Source of the DNA: Cyanidioschyzon merolae
Lineage: Eukaryota
Assembly (NCBI GenBank): GCA_000091205.1
Contig: AP006502.2
Reading direction: 5' to 3' (one strand)
DNA length: 64,000 nucleotides
Positions 32,570 through 42,701 of the stretch are shown here, piece by piece. Positions within the stretch are counted from its first letter, which is position 1; every line of letters starts with the position of its first letter. A program made the translations under genes and the position numbers. Below the pieces are notes generated by a model. The model was not told the origin of the DNA, did no database searches, and saw only the letters and a list, made by a program, of their open reading frames with translations.

Positions 32570-33742
32570 TCATGATCCACGCTTCTCCCGCTCGCTTCTG
32601 CTGACGTTGCCTCTGGTCGACGTTTCCGTCGACGCGTTCAGGGGCCATTTGGTAAGGCGCATCGTACGCGAGGGCAGTACCCGAACGAGCTCCGCCCGAC
32701 GCTTCATGCCCGCTGGGATCGCTAACGCTCGCTCTTCAATATCTCGCGTTACCAGTTCAATCAATTCATGTTTCTTTGGCTTCTTGCCGCCTATGACTTT
32801 GCCCAGACGTAACGCTCTTCGCTCTGCACGACATTGTTGTATAAGCTGGTCCATTTCTTTCATCCGCTCAGCGATGAGCGCCTGACGAAACGCTCTCTCT
32901 CTTTCCCATTTGTGGCCTTTGCGAAGGTAACGGAGATACATCTCCGCACCAATTTCCTCTAAAGTAGCGACAGATACCGTTTTCGTTCGCGATGACGGCT
33001 CCGACTTCGCCAGCGACTCGGTGTGGATCACGACTCCAAGTTTCTTCCGCGGGATGTCGAAGGGCCACGGAACGCCGCGAAGTAGACACTGACGCCGCAG
33101 GTATGCTCGCTGTCTCGCGGTGACTTTTGGCGGACGCCAGACAACCCGGGTGTTGCTCGTTAGGGCGTCAGTCAGACCACCGACTCGCAACGAGTCCGGC
33201 TGCGCAGAATCGTCCAGCAACCGAGCTTGACGCCATAGCGCTTCCCGCTCTGTCAGTGGTCGTTCTATCACCTGAGGAAGCATACCCGGCGGCAAGCGCT
33301 TTTTTGCCGCCTCAACCGCTTTCACGTTCACTGGCAGCAGTCGGCGGCTGGCATGCGGATGACTCGCAGGCAGCGTTGTGAGCGCAAACAGCTTCCCTGC
33401 AACAACGTCCGCACTGCCGGGCTCCTTCACACCGGCAGCACTTGAGCGTGCTCTCCGGACCAGCAGTCCCCAGACTCGCCCCACGCCTCCCAACATGAAA
33501 CTGACGGCGACTCGCGAGAGTCTGGCGTGGTTTAAGCAGCTGATAGAGAGGCGGAGCGCTGCTTGCTGTAGAGGCGACGCCCGGTGCGCTCGACGGTCGC
33601 AGGGCGACGCATCCATTATACGCGGCTGGGATAGCGGCTTTGGAACGCTGAGATACGTTGACGTTGCAGTTGCGACGACACCTTGAGCCTCATCCTGGCA
33701 CGATGTGTAACGTTCTCTTGTTATGAAGAGAGGTCCGAGCAT
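32570..33742 (-). CDS. Hypothetical basic protein, possibly a mitochondrial ribosomal protein
   Basis: 390-aa ORF. The C-terminal half is K/R-rich with MYLRYLRKGHKWERERAFRQALIAERMKEMDQLIQQCRAERRALRLGKV. No specific family was recognised. The longest ORF overlaps the YbeY ORF start by 20 bp. Confidence 0.35.
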   Translation of the reverse strand: MLGPLFITRERYTSCQDEAQGVVATATSTYLSVPKPLSQPRIMDASPCDRRAHRASPLQQAALRLSISCLNHARLSRVAVSFMLGGVGRVWGLLVRRARSSAAGVKEPGSADVVAGKLFALTTLPASHPHASRRLLPVNVKAVEAAKKRLPPGMLPQVIERPLTEREALWRQARLLDDSAQPDSLRVGGLTDALTSNTRVVWRPPKVTARQRAYLRRQCLLRGVPWPFDIPRKKLGVVIHTESLAKSEPSSRTKTVSVATLEEIGAEMYLRYLRKGHKWERERAFRQALIAERMKEMDQLIQQCRAERRALRLGKVIGGKKPKKHELIELVTRDIEERALAIPAGMKRRAELVRVLPSRTMRLTKWPLNASTETSTRGNVSRSEREKRGS

Positions 33743-34700
33743 GTTCGTTGGAGCCGTTTTCGGACCGGCGCCGTGTCGTGTCGGTGGACGGTGCAGCTGG
33801 AGTCCGCGATTTAGCCGGGAAGCACAGGAAGTGCAGTTCCCGTGTAGTTTTTCGTCTGGAGTAGCAAAGTGTAGTCCAAACTCATCGTATTACTCAAAAA
33901 CGGCTGAAAAAAGTGCACTTTGGAGGAATGACGCACAGCAACGTGCTTTTGCACGCTGTCTCGCGGACGCCGAACATCGCAGCATCGCTCCTAGGGTGCG
34001 GCGCCAAGCGCGGAGGCCGCGGTTACGAGTGCTGGCGTCGCCCTCGGAGGACCTCTCTCTGGCGCCTGCTGCACTGGAAAGCGTCTTGTCCTGGTGTCGA
34101 AGGGACGCGCGGGATGCCCTACGGGCGGCACTCGCGGTCACGCTGCCGTCGCTGGCGCCGCTATCAGCGAAGGCGGCAACAGCGTGCCCGCAAACGCCGG
34201 AGTTGCACCAGGGACAAAGGCAAGCACTGAGCAGCGGTGTAGTAGGCTCGACTCAGGATTCTTTAGATTCCGAAAGACGCTTCATAGCGCCATTGGAGAA
34301 GGTTTTTATGCAGGAACCAGTCCCGTCGCAAATTGAGTTATCGATTTACCTCTGCACCGACGCGCACATCCAGCTCTTGAACAAGCACTATCGCTCCGTG
34401 GACGCACCGACAGATGTGCTGAGCTTTCCGCAACAACAACTCCGGATACTTGGCGATGTTGTGATTTCGTTAGACACTGCGCAACGGCAGGCGGGCGGAC
34501 GCTTGCGCGATGAGCTACGAACCCTGCTGCTTCATGGCATTCTGCACTTACTGGGATTCGATCACGAAATCGATGAACAGCATCATATCCTTTTTGCGCG
34601 AGCAGAGGAACGGATCACGCAAATGCTCGAGTGGCGTGGCAGGGGCCTCATTGCGATGATCAGCGAACGCGACGACCACGAATCGCACGACGGCCCCTGA
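33723..34700 (+). CDS. YBEY: YbeY-family endoribonuclease (rRNA maturation factor), organellar type
   Basis: IELSIYLCTDAHIQLLNKHYRSVDAPTDVLSFP ... LGDVVISLDTAQRQA ... LLLHGILHLLGFDHEIDEQ is the UPF0054 H-x-x-x-H-x-x-x-G-x-D-H metal motif. The protein has a ~200-aa N-terminal extension. Its stop codon is the first unit of a (TGA)8 run. Confidence 0.7.
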   Translation: MKRGPSMFVGAVFGPAPCRVGGRCSWSPRFSREAQEVQFPCSFSSGVAKCSPNSSYYSKTAEKSALWRNDAQQRAFARCLADAEHRSIAPRVRRQARRPRLRVLASPSEDLSLAPAALESVLSWCRRDARDALRAALAVTLPSLAPLSAKAATACPQTPELHQGQRQALSSGVVGSTQDSLDSERRFIAPLEKVFMQEPVPSQIELSIYLCTDAHIQLLNKHYRSVDAPTDVLSFPQQQLRILGDVVISLDTAQRQAGGRLRDELRTLLLHGILHLLGFDHEIDEQHHILFARAEERITQMLEWRGRGLIAMISERDDHESHDGP

Positions 34701-34721
34701 TGATGATGATGATGATGATGA
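34698..34721. repeat. (TGA)8 microsatellite beginning with the YbeY stop codon
   Basis: tgatgatgatgatgatgatgatga. Confidence 0.9.
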
Positions 34722-35665
34722 AGGAAGCGCTGATCAACGTTGCGGTTAGAGACGCTACAGACGACGATGCACGCTGGCTACGGACTGGTAACGCCAGCGT
34801 ACAAGGATATGGAGAAGGTGGCCGGTAGCGTCGAGTTGATGCAAAGATCGAATTTACGGCACCGGTTACCAAGCTGCAGACAGAACTCATCCGGTCGACA
34901 GGCGCCCGCTGTGTGGACGCCTGCTCGGCTGTGGCGAGGCCGTCGTTTCGCCTTACGACGTTCGCTGCATTCTCAGCGCGGGGATTTTCGCTCAAGTTAT
35001 CCGGACTCGGTTCTGTTGGAGCATCCTGCACTCGGACTAGAACATGGCTGCGTTCGTGAAAGCAGCGTGAGGTTGCAGGGCCCCGCGACCCGCTGACCTT
35101 CGCGCATCCGACCGACGTTGGTCATATCAGGCGATGTTGCACCCCGCAACTTGTTTCGGGGTAGTGTCGGGAAACACTTGACGCCGGCATGCCCAGCACT
35201 GTTGCATGCGATTCGGGTCGGGATGCGAGGAGAGCTCTTGTGGCGACTTATCCAGTAATCGCAACAGACCGGATCATTTAGGCCATATAAACGTAATGAT
35301 GACGTCGACCGTTGCACAGGGTCATCTGCTCGGGCCTGGATCATGTCGCTCTGCATCGGCAGAATTTCTGCCTCGATCCGCACAACCGATCCAGAGGTAT
35401 CTGCACCGCGGTACTGCGTCCTCGATGGATTGCCCCGTGGGCTGCGTCGACCTGAGCGCTCGTCCTCCGAGGCGTTTGCAGATTACAGGACATATCAAGC
35501 GATACGCATTTGTGCAGTTCACGTTCGTGGGACGAGAACGCAGGCACTGTATGTACAGACAGATGCACACAAAGCGTATCGCTCCCGTTATGGTACCTGG
35601 AATGATGCGGTGCCTGACAGAGCCCAGGCCCGCAAAGATCGAAATCGCTGTGCGGACGTTATTTT

Positions 35666-35689
35666 TCATCATCATCATCATCATCATCA
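35666..35689. repeat. (TCA)8 microsatellite, the inverse of the (TGA)8 run at 34698
   Basis: tcatcatcatcatcatcatcatca reads (TGA)8 on the minus strand. It lies about 200 nt downstream of the minus-strand aspartic-protease stop. Confidence 0.9.
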
Positions 35690-35885
35690 ATGCGGCATGC
35701 GTCACGTCGCTGCCCCGGATCTGCGAGCACGCCATCCCCGAATCCACCAGCTTCTTCTGGGTGCGAGACCCCGATTCTACTGCTTACGCAATGCGGAGCA
35801 TTCACGCCTATCAAATCGCCATCGCCGCCGCGATCAACAGGAGAAGTGCTGCTCCTGTCCCTCCGGTGTGCTAAGCGCGATGAAC

Positions 35886-37652
35886 TCAGCCATTAGCATC
35901 CTGTTCAATGCGAAGCGCTACCATCGCCTGGTTTGCTTCTGTGTCTCCCGTCGATTGCAGCAATCGGCGTCGCTTGCGGTAGTACCAGAGCCCGAACCAG
36001 AGCGCAACACTTGTGACCAGGAGTGGAACCATAATGAACAAAAGGACATTTGCGTGCTTCCGTATAAAGATGCCTATACTGCCGAAGAGCGTCGTTTCGC
36101 TGCGGTGTCCGCTTGGCGCGGATGATCGAGGTTCGTCTTGATCGCTTGTTGACCCGGAGCCCGTCGGGTGTGTGGTCGTGAAAGGGATGCATCCGCGAGC
36201 CGACTGAAACCCTATCCGTTTGTGTGCTCGATCATACACAGTGAAAAAGTTGCGCAGCCACACGAGACCTAATATCGCTTCGACACCATAGCTGGGCCCG
36301 AGGGACGGCTCCTCCGCGATCCCCATGCAGTAAAATGTTGGTTCTGGTGGATTATCTACCCGAACGAAATACTGTAGCGGAGTCAGCGTCAAGTTCCCAG
36401 CGCCAGCTAGCGTGAATGTTAGGTTGGGAAACTGTCGGACTTCCTCTGGAGAATACGATGCGCACGCAGCGTGATCCAGTATACTCGGTTCTTGGGCATT
36501 ATCCGGACACACATACGGAATATGGCAGTAGTGCGCACGAAGGTAGTCTCGGAACGCCGCAAACGCTCCTGTTGAAAGGGCGATGAGCGTCGTGCCCGAG
36601 TCCACGAATGCGCTGTGCCGATTGGCAATGCCCGCATCGTGTCCATCGATATACACATGCTCTAGCTCTATATCATAAAAAAGATGGTGCACAATTGGCG
36701 TCCACCGGATCTCCATCGGATCCATACGAGAATCCATAGCGCCAAGTACAAGACGCCCTTGCTCGTCGCTCACACAGAGACTGAACACATCTTCAGGGAC
36801 GAGTCGGTGCTGCAAGAGCGTTTCGAAAAACGGTAGCGTGCACAGCGGGTTGCATGACAGCCCCGGATACGCCAGGCCGAGCATCCCTTCAATGCCGCTG
36901 CCGAATACATCGGGACTGCGTCCCTGCGCTGACTCGATACCACCGAATACCATGGGCGCCGCACGGCCCGCTGCACCGACCATTCCCGCAACATAGCGGC
37001 CGTTGAAAGCAGTACCGTCCCCGTAACGGATCTGATAGATGCAATGTCCACGTCCGTCACAGATACCATGCTGATCAGGTTCACAGGAAAAGGTCTCGGG
37101 CGGATCGCCCAGCGGCGCTGTGCGGCTTCCGCAGTGCAGCGTGCGATCCTCGTCGACTTGCAGCCGCCGCTTGCCCGCCGGGCAAGCATCGCACACGCTC
37201 GTGATAACTGCTAACGAGGACGAGCCGGTATCCACTGAAAGGGTGTACGGGGATCCATCAATTTCGATTGTTGTTGCATACATACCGATGTGTACGAGTG
37301 AGCCATAGAGAGGCAGTTCTATTGGCGAGATCTGGGCATGGAGGGCGGCGTTCCCGTTGGGTTCTAGTGCAAGCGGCCGCGACTTGCTGATCGGGACACG
37401 ATAACTGCTGTTCCGTAATTGAAACAACGTTCGCACGTGCATGTGTTGAGCATGAGTAGAAGCACTCTGTCCGCGGATCGTATCCCAGGTCAAAGCTCGT
37501 CGCTGTACGCGTTTCAGCGCGCACACGCGCTTTATGCGGTAAGCGCCTATGCTGCCGATCAGGGCCCCGAGGAAAAACAGCGTTAGCACGAACCCCAGCC
37601 ATGCTGCGCTTGTTCGAATCGTTCGACGCCGCAACTCAGAAGCTCTGTGCAT
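35886..37652 (-). CDS. Membrane-tethered pepsin-like (A1) aspartic protease
   Basis: Catalytic motifs IEIDGSPYTLSVDTGSSSLAV (DTGS) and AFVDSGTTLIALS (DSGT). An N-terminal signal anchor AAWLGFVLTLFFLGALIGSIGAY and a C-terminal TM segment LLFIMVPLLVTSVALWFGLWYY followed by basic residues are present. The start is set at the internal Met at 37652. The longest ORF starts at 37994. Confidence 0.75.
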   Translation of the reverse strand: MHRASELRRRTIRTSAAWLGFVLTLFFLGALIGSIGAYRIKRVCALKRVQRRALTWDTIRGQSASTHAQHMHVRTLFQLRNSSYRVPISKSRPLALEPNGNAALHAQISPIELPLYGSLVHIGMYATTIEIDGSPYTLSVDTGSSSLAVITSVCDACPAGKRRLQVDEDRTLHCGSRTAPLGDPPETFSCEPDQHGICDGRGHCIYQIRYGDGTAFNGRYVAGMVGAAGRAAPMVFGGIESAQGRSPDVFGSGIEGMLGLAYPGLSCNPLCTLPFFETLLQHRLVPEDVFSLCVSDEQGRLVLGAMDSRMDPMEIRWTPIVHHLFYDIELEHVYIDGHDAGIANRHSAFVDSGTTLIALSTGAFAAFRDYLRAHYCHIPYVCPDNAQEPSILDHAACASYSPEEVRQFPNLTFTLAGAGNLTLTPLQYFVRVDNPPEPTFYCMGIAEEPSLGPSYGVEAILGLVWLRNFFTVYDRAHKRIGFQSARGCIPFTTTHPTGSGSTSDQDEPRSSAPSGHRSETTLFGSIGIFIRKHANVLLFIMVPLLVTSVALWFGLWYYRKRRRLLQSTGDTEANQAMVALRIEQDANG

Positions 37653-38504
37653 CGAAAGAAAAAAAGTGCGGCACGAGTGCGAGGTCCCTCGACACACTCC
37701 ACTCTGGTGTTTCGTGCGGCCTGCGTCTGGACGCTGTACGCCACACTGCACTCGATTTGTGCGCTGCGCGATGGGTACAACGCGAGTCCCTGAGAACATG
37801 TAGATCTCTAGACAAATTTGGAAATAGCCCTTGGACGACACAAATCGATGCGTGCGTGCGTTCTGATGGCAAGCACGCTTACCAACGGGACTTACACTTG
37901 CCACGTGCAGGTAGCCAGAAAGATGGGAGTGGCATTTCGGGGCGGATAAACGCCTGCACTCGACCACTAGTCTTTTCGTTGTTAGCGACTGCACTCGCCT
38001 AGCTGAATGACTGTGATTGGTCTCATCGACCGTTCACCAGAAAACTTGCAAGCAGCTGCAGACAACAGGCGGCACCCTGCGTACTTGCACCGAGCGACAG
38101 CATCGCTGGATCGAGGTCGCTTCGCTTTATGAGAACAAAACTGCTCCGGATCTGGTGCAGCATAGAAATGCATCTAGAGGAACGGCAATCTCCGTCCTTG
38201 TTCCTATTCGCATATGCGGATGGAGGAAAATCTGGGTCGATGCATCGGCTTTTCATCATACGAGAGCGTCGACGCATGCCTATGAATAAACTGTCTCCCT
38301 AGAGACCGTCTCTGCATTCGGCGTGGATACGCATGCAGCACAAGCCCAACGAGTAACGGATATTTACGATGCCCATGCAGTATCCGCGGTTTTCCAGCTT
38401 CACCGCTCGCCCCCCGGACGCAAGCACTAGCGTTGGTCACGTTCAGGCACGCATGATGCAGAGCGAGTAGCGCGTGTACTGAACTGCCATATATCCATCG
38501 TTGT

Positions 38505-41387
38505 TCAATACGTGCAATTGCGTCTGCAACGATGCACACAATCCGCGATCCATTGGGTAAAGTCGCGAGCTTCCAGTAAGGTTTCAATGAAATATGGCAT
38601 GCGCCATCGCCAGCTGCCCTCTTCATAACTGCGACCTGGATAATTGATTTGATCCTTCCGGGGATCAGCGCTTCGGAGAGAACGCCAACAATCCGTGTAG
38701 TCCTGCAGCGGGAGAATAGTCCACATCGATCCCGCGCCGAGATGCTGCTCCACAATCTTCTGACTCATCCATTCGGTGCAGTCCCAGGGCGGGGAACCGC
38801 CCTGTTCACCAAAGAATGACCAAAACATTTCGTGCGCTCGACCCCGATCCTCTTGCCACCACGCGCGCACCGTACTGCAATCGTGGCAGCTTGTCGAAGC
38901 TACGGTAAGGTACGTGTAGGCAGCTGGGGCGCCAAACTTGCCGATACCAGGCCAGCGTTGGATACGCAGGCCCAATATCCCGAGCTCTTCGAGAACCGCA
39001 TAGACCTCGGGTGGCACCATGCCGAGGTCCTCGGCGCAAATCATCATATTCGCCGAGGACTGGAGCGCGCGCAGGTTTCGCAGCCCACACGCACGCCAGT
39101 TCTGCCGGCGAAAGAAGTACTGCTCCCAGACTTGATCTAGGAGTTCCTTGTTCGCAAAGCGCTGATACGACGGCGTCGATTTCATATGGCAGGTCGGAAA
39201 GAAGGCATCGGGACCGGCACCATCGTCGTGAATGAGACACTGGTTCGCTATCAGCGACTGAAGAACTCGAAAGGTGCGCAAACGTGCCTGCTGCTCCGCA
39301 GCCGGTAGCGCGTGCCAAGCGGTGCGATCCTCGCCCGCGATGAGCAGATAGCGCGCGATGGCATCGTCCGTAGCGAGGTGCTTTTTGAAGGTCAACACAT
39401 GGCCGCCTTCGTGTACATCGAAGAACGTGTCCACGATCCGCTGCGATTCGGCGCCGAAACGCTCATCGATCAACCAGCGACGCAGATGCGGTGTGCACAA
39501 GCGGTAATATTCCGAGAGGATCGACCTGATCTCGTGCCGGTGTATGGGACTGGATGGTTCAAAACGCCCCAAGAGCCCCGAATAATTGTGACACGGAATG
39601 GACCAGGCTCGAAACAGACCGAGCACGTGGTCGATACGGAAAGCCTGAAAATACTGTGACATGTGTTGCAGGCGCTGGCGCCACCATCGGTAACCATCAC
39701 GCTCCATCTCATCCCAACGATACACTGGAAAGTCCCAGTTCTGCGCGGATGACATATCGAGCGCTGGAGCTCCGATCGAGCGATCCATACGGAAATACTC
39801 CGGATGTTGCCAGGTGTCCGCCGAGTCCCGAGTTACACCGATCGGAAGATCGCCCTTAAGGATAACTCCACGCATCTTGGCGTAGTCCGAGACACTTTTG
39901 AGTTGAAGATGCAGGTGATACTGAATGAAATAAATCAGCTGGACGCGATCATATGCAGGCGAAGACGGACTGGTCAGCGCAGCCACGAGGGACTGGTCGT
40001 TGCCGCGCTCGGGCCACTTATCGGACGGGAGCCGCTTCATGCCTCCAGCGGGTGCGTGCTTCTCCCGAAGAACCTTGTAGAGCGCATACGAGGTCAACCA
40101 GCTAGTGTTTTCTTTGAACCATACGTCAAAGTCTGGGTTCTGTAAACAGGCGCTACCACCGCTGGATTCATAAACCATCTCGAGAAAACGTAACTTCATT
40201 TCCAATACCTCCGGATACGCCACCTCATAATTCGCGTTCAGGCGTTCTCCATCTTTCACCAGCTCTTGCTGTAGCTTTGCCCTATTCGCAGGGCTGATCG
40301 TCGTCATCGCATCCAGAAGCCACTTCAGGTTCATATAAATCGGATGTATCGCGTGGACAGAAAGTGCCGAGTAAGGCGAAGGCTCCTCGCCGGTATCATG
40401 AATTGGCAGAAGCTGTACAAGTTTCAGGGACGCAGCAGCAACCCAGTCGATGAAGAGCTTCAGGTCGCCGAAATCACCTGCGCCTGCGGAATGACGCGAG
40501 CGCAACGAGATCAGCGGGATCGCGACACCCGCGCCCTTCCACACGGTCGCGTACCGGAAAACGTCATCGACATGAATGAAGCGCGTTTCCGGACAACGCT
40601 GCGGTATTCGAAGCGTGCGATTCGAGCCCTGCTCAGCGCAGATCAAGTTCGGTGGCTCCTGATCTTTCGCGATCACGTAACGGTATTCAAAGGGAATCGC
40701 TGCAACCGGAATCGAGACCATGCTTGCGTAGAGACACGAGCCGATCGGGAACATGGGAATCTGTTTCATGGGATTCCAGGCGCCGAGCGCTTCGGGAGAT
40801 CCCGTCACAAACACCTGATGACCAGCTTCCAAACGAGGTACATAGGACACGAAGCGAACTCGAATGACCGCTTGCGTAGACGTCGGTTCCTGGTGTGCCC
40901 AGCGCATGCGTGCCGCCGCTGCAGTATCCAGTTGCAACCAGGAAGTCGTTTTGGGCACGTTCAACTTTCGAAAAATCACATCCACAAAAGCAGAAGTTGC
41001 AAATACGGAGCTTTGTGCGACACGCCAAGAGTCGTAACAGTAGAGGTGTACGACGCCGGTGCCGGCCTGCTGGAACAGCGTCTCGTCAACGAGCACAGAG
41101 CGAATCGCCTGCGTCGCCTCCATGCGTTGCGAGTCCGCCGCTCCACTTCCAGATACGACAACGTACTTATAGTCGATGCTCACGGGCGTAGAAGCATCCT
41201 CAAGCACCAGGTCACGATCTCGGTCGAAGCACACGGAAGCGTGCCAGTTTCCCTCACCGATCGGATGCAGTGGCAGAGCTCGCGACACATCGCCTCCACC
41301 GAGTAGAGGGTGCGATCCAACAGCAACCAGGTATGCGTCCCCTCTTGTGACGTAGTTTATATGCAGATGAAGCTCTAAGCCCGGCAT
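38505..41387 (-). CDS. DPE2: DPE2-type 4-alpha-glucanotransferase (GH77) with two N-terminal CBM20 starch-binding domains
   Basis: The two CBM20-like modules are LHLHINYVTRGDAYLVAVGSHPLLGGG...W and VIRVRFVSYVPRLEAGHQVFVTGSPEALGAWNP. The GH77 core is GVAIPLISLRSRHSAGAGDFGDLKLFIDWVAAASLKLVQLLPIHDTGEEPSPYSALSVHAIHPIYMNL. The 960-aa length and internal insertion are typical of DPE2. Confidence 0.85.
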   Translation of the reverse strand: MPGLELHLHINYVTRGDAYLVAVGSHPLLGGGDVSRALPLHPIGEGNWHASVCFDRDRDLVLEDASTPVSIDYKYVVVSGSGAADSQRMEATQAIRSVLVDETLFQQAGTGVVHLYCYDSWRVAQSSVFATSAFVDVIFRKLNVPKTTSWLQLDTAAAARMRWAHQEPTSTQAVIRVRFVSYVPRLEAGHQVFVTGSPEALGAWNPMKQIPMFPIGSCLYASMVSIPVAAIPFEYRYVIAKDQEPPNLICAEQGSNRTLRIPQRCPETRFIHVDDVFRYATVWKGAGVAIPLISLRSRHSAGAGDFGDLKLFIDWVAAASLKLVQLLPIHDTGEEPSPYSALSVHAIHPIYMNLKWLLDAMTTISPANRAKLQQELVKDGERLNANYEVAYPEVLEMKLRFLEMVYESSGGSACLQNPDFDVWFKENTSWLTSYALYKVLREKHAPAGGMKRLPSDKWPERGNDQSLVAALTSPSSPAYDRVQLIYFIQYHLHLQLKSVSDYAKMRGVILKGDLPIGVTRDSADTWQHPEYFRMDRSIGAPALDMSSAQNWDFPVYRWDEMERDGYRWWRQRLQHMSQYFQAFRIDHVLGLFRAWSIPCHNYSGLLGRFEPSSPIHRHEIRSILSEYYRLCTPHLRRWLIDERFGAESQRIVDTFFDVHEGGHVLTFKKHLATDDAIARYLLIAGEDRTAWHALPAAEQQARLRTFRVLQSLIANQCLIHDDGAGPDAFFPTCHMKSTPSYQRFANKELLDQVWEQYFFRRQNWRACGLRNLRALQSSANMMICAEDLGMVPPEVYAVLEELGILGLRIQRWPGIGKFGAPAAYTYLTVASTSCHDCSTVRAWWQEDRGRAHEMFWSFFGEQGGSPPWDCTEWMSQKIVEQHLGAGSMWTILPLQDYTDCWRSLRSADPRKDQINYPGRSYEEGSWRWRMPYFIETLLEARDFTQWIADCVHRCRRNCTY

Positions 41388-41612
41388 CTGTGAGCGTTGA
41401 GTACTGTCTCCCGCTGGGGAACCCGATAAACGCCCAGCCGGACGTCGCGTTCTCGGGCACGTGTCGCATCGCCTGCATCAGCGCGCTTCTGGTTTTCCAT
41501 TTGGACGACGCCGACGTGGTCAGCGGCTTCGGGGTACAGGCTCGCTCTGTGGAAGAAGGAGCACTCGTCTGCCATTGGCTCGTGATTACAACCAGGCTAC
41601 TAGTGGTGCAAC

Positions 41613-42701
41613 TTGTGTAAATGGCTGCCTGAGCTACTGTCGTTCGAAGGTCTTCAACCGCCTTACGAAGGTTTTGTGATGCAGCAAACCTCGGGCACGA
41701 CTGCCGCGGTACGTGCACTCGGCGCCAACGGCGGCAGCAGCACCGACGCTGTCGATACCACAGAAACGCTCGAACGCAAGTGCGTCGTGTGTCAGTCAAC
41801 CGAAGAGGTGCGTGTTTTTAGTGCAAACTGTGAGCGTTTATGTGTGCCGTGTTTCGTGGAACGTTTTGAGCGCTCCTTCCGGTACGCAGTGCAACGCTGG
41901 TCTATGCTCTCGCACGGAGAGCGCGTTGCTGTTGCGTTGTCCGGAGGTCCAGCCTCGCTTGCGCTTCTTGAGCTTTTGCACGGACTTCGGCGGGGGTTTG
42001 CGCATCACAAGGGTAAGATACGACCCAAGCACTTTGAAATTGTCGTTTTCCATGTTATCGTGCCAGCGGGGTATGGGGGCAATGGGGCCAGCGGCGCTGC
42101 CGCTCTCCAGGCGCTTGTACAGGAGCGCTATGGGCTGACTGTCCACACCGTTGATGAAGCACTGTTTCTTGCCCGCGCAGATGCGCTAGAAATGAGTACT
42201 CGGGATCCGATGGCAACGAATCACCAGCTAGACGTGCTGGATCCGACCATTGCGCCCGCGCTCGTTGCAGGCATTGTAAACGCTCTGCTGGAGCGGATGG
42301 CGGAAGCATACGAGTGCAAGAAACTATTCCTGGGCACAACGGTTACCCGAGCTGCGATCATAACCATCGCACGAGTAGCGACCGGGAATCCGCTACGTCT
42401 TGACGCCGAGATCGGAGTAGACTACCACTCGTCGACCGCAGGCTGCCAGGGATCGGCATACGCCTCAAGTGGTCCTCTTCGCTGGCTCCGCCCGTTGCGA
42501 AATATTTCTCTTCGCGACGTCATTCGATATCTTCGCGCTCGTGGCTGCACTGCGTGGATTACTCCAGCTGAGCCATGGGCACAGGAAAACATAGAAAGCA
42601 CTGCCGAGCGCTTCATATGGCGAGCTCTCGAAACGCGACCTGCAACTTCATTTTCCGTTGTGCATAGCATAGAGCGAGCTTTGAATCTAAGTGCCGACTA
42701 G
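41613..42701 (+). CDS. CTU2: Cytoplasmic tRNA 2-thiolation protein 2 (CTU2/NCS2-like)
   Basis: RKCVVCQSTEEVRVFSANCERLCVPCFVERFERSFRYAVQRWSMLSHGERVAVALSGGPASLALLELL is collinear with the CTU2 N-terminus KCVKC...C..CF...R...GEKVLLAWSGGPSS. The start may be the internal Met at 41679. Confidence 0.6.
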   Translation: MCKWLPELLSFEGLQPPYEGFVMQQTSGTTAAVRALGANGGSSTDAVDTTETLERKCVVCQSTEEVRVFSANCERLCVPCFVERFERSFRYAVQRWSMLSHGERVAVALSGGPASLALLELLHGLRRGFAHHKGKIRPKHFEIVVFHVIVPAGYGGNGASGAAALQALVQERYGLTVHTVDEALFLARADALEMSTRDPMATNHQLDVLDPTIAPALVAGIVNALLERMAEAYECKKLFLGTTVTRAAIITIARVATGNPLRLDAEIGVDYHSSTAGCQGSAYASSGPLRWLRPLRNISLRDVIRYLRARGCTAWITPAEPWAQENIESTAERFIWRALETRPATSFSVVHSIERALNLSAD

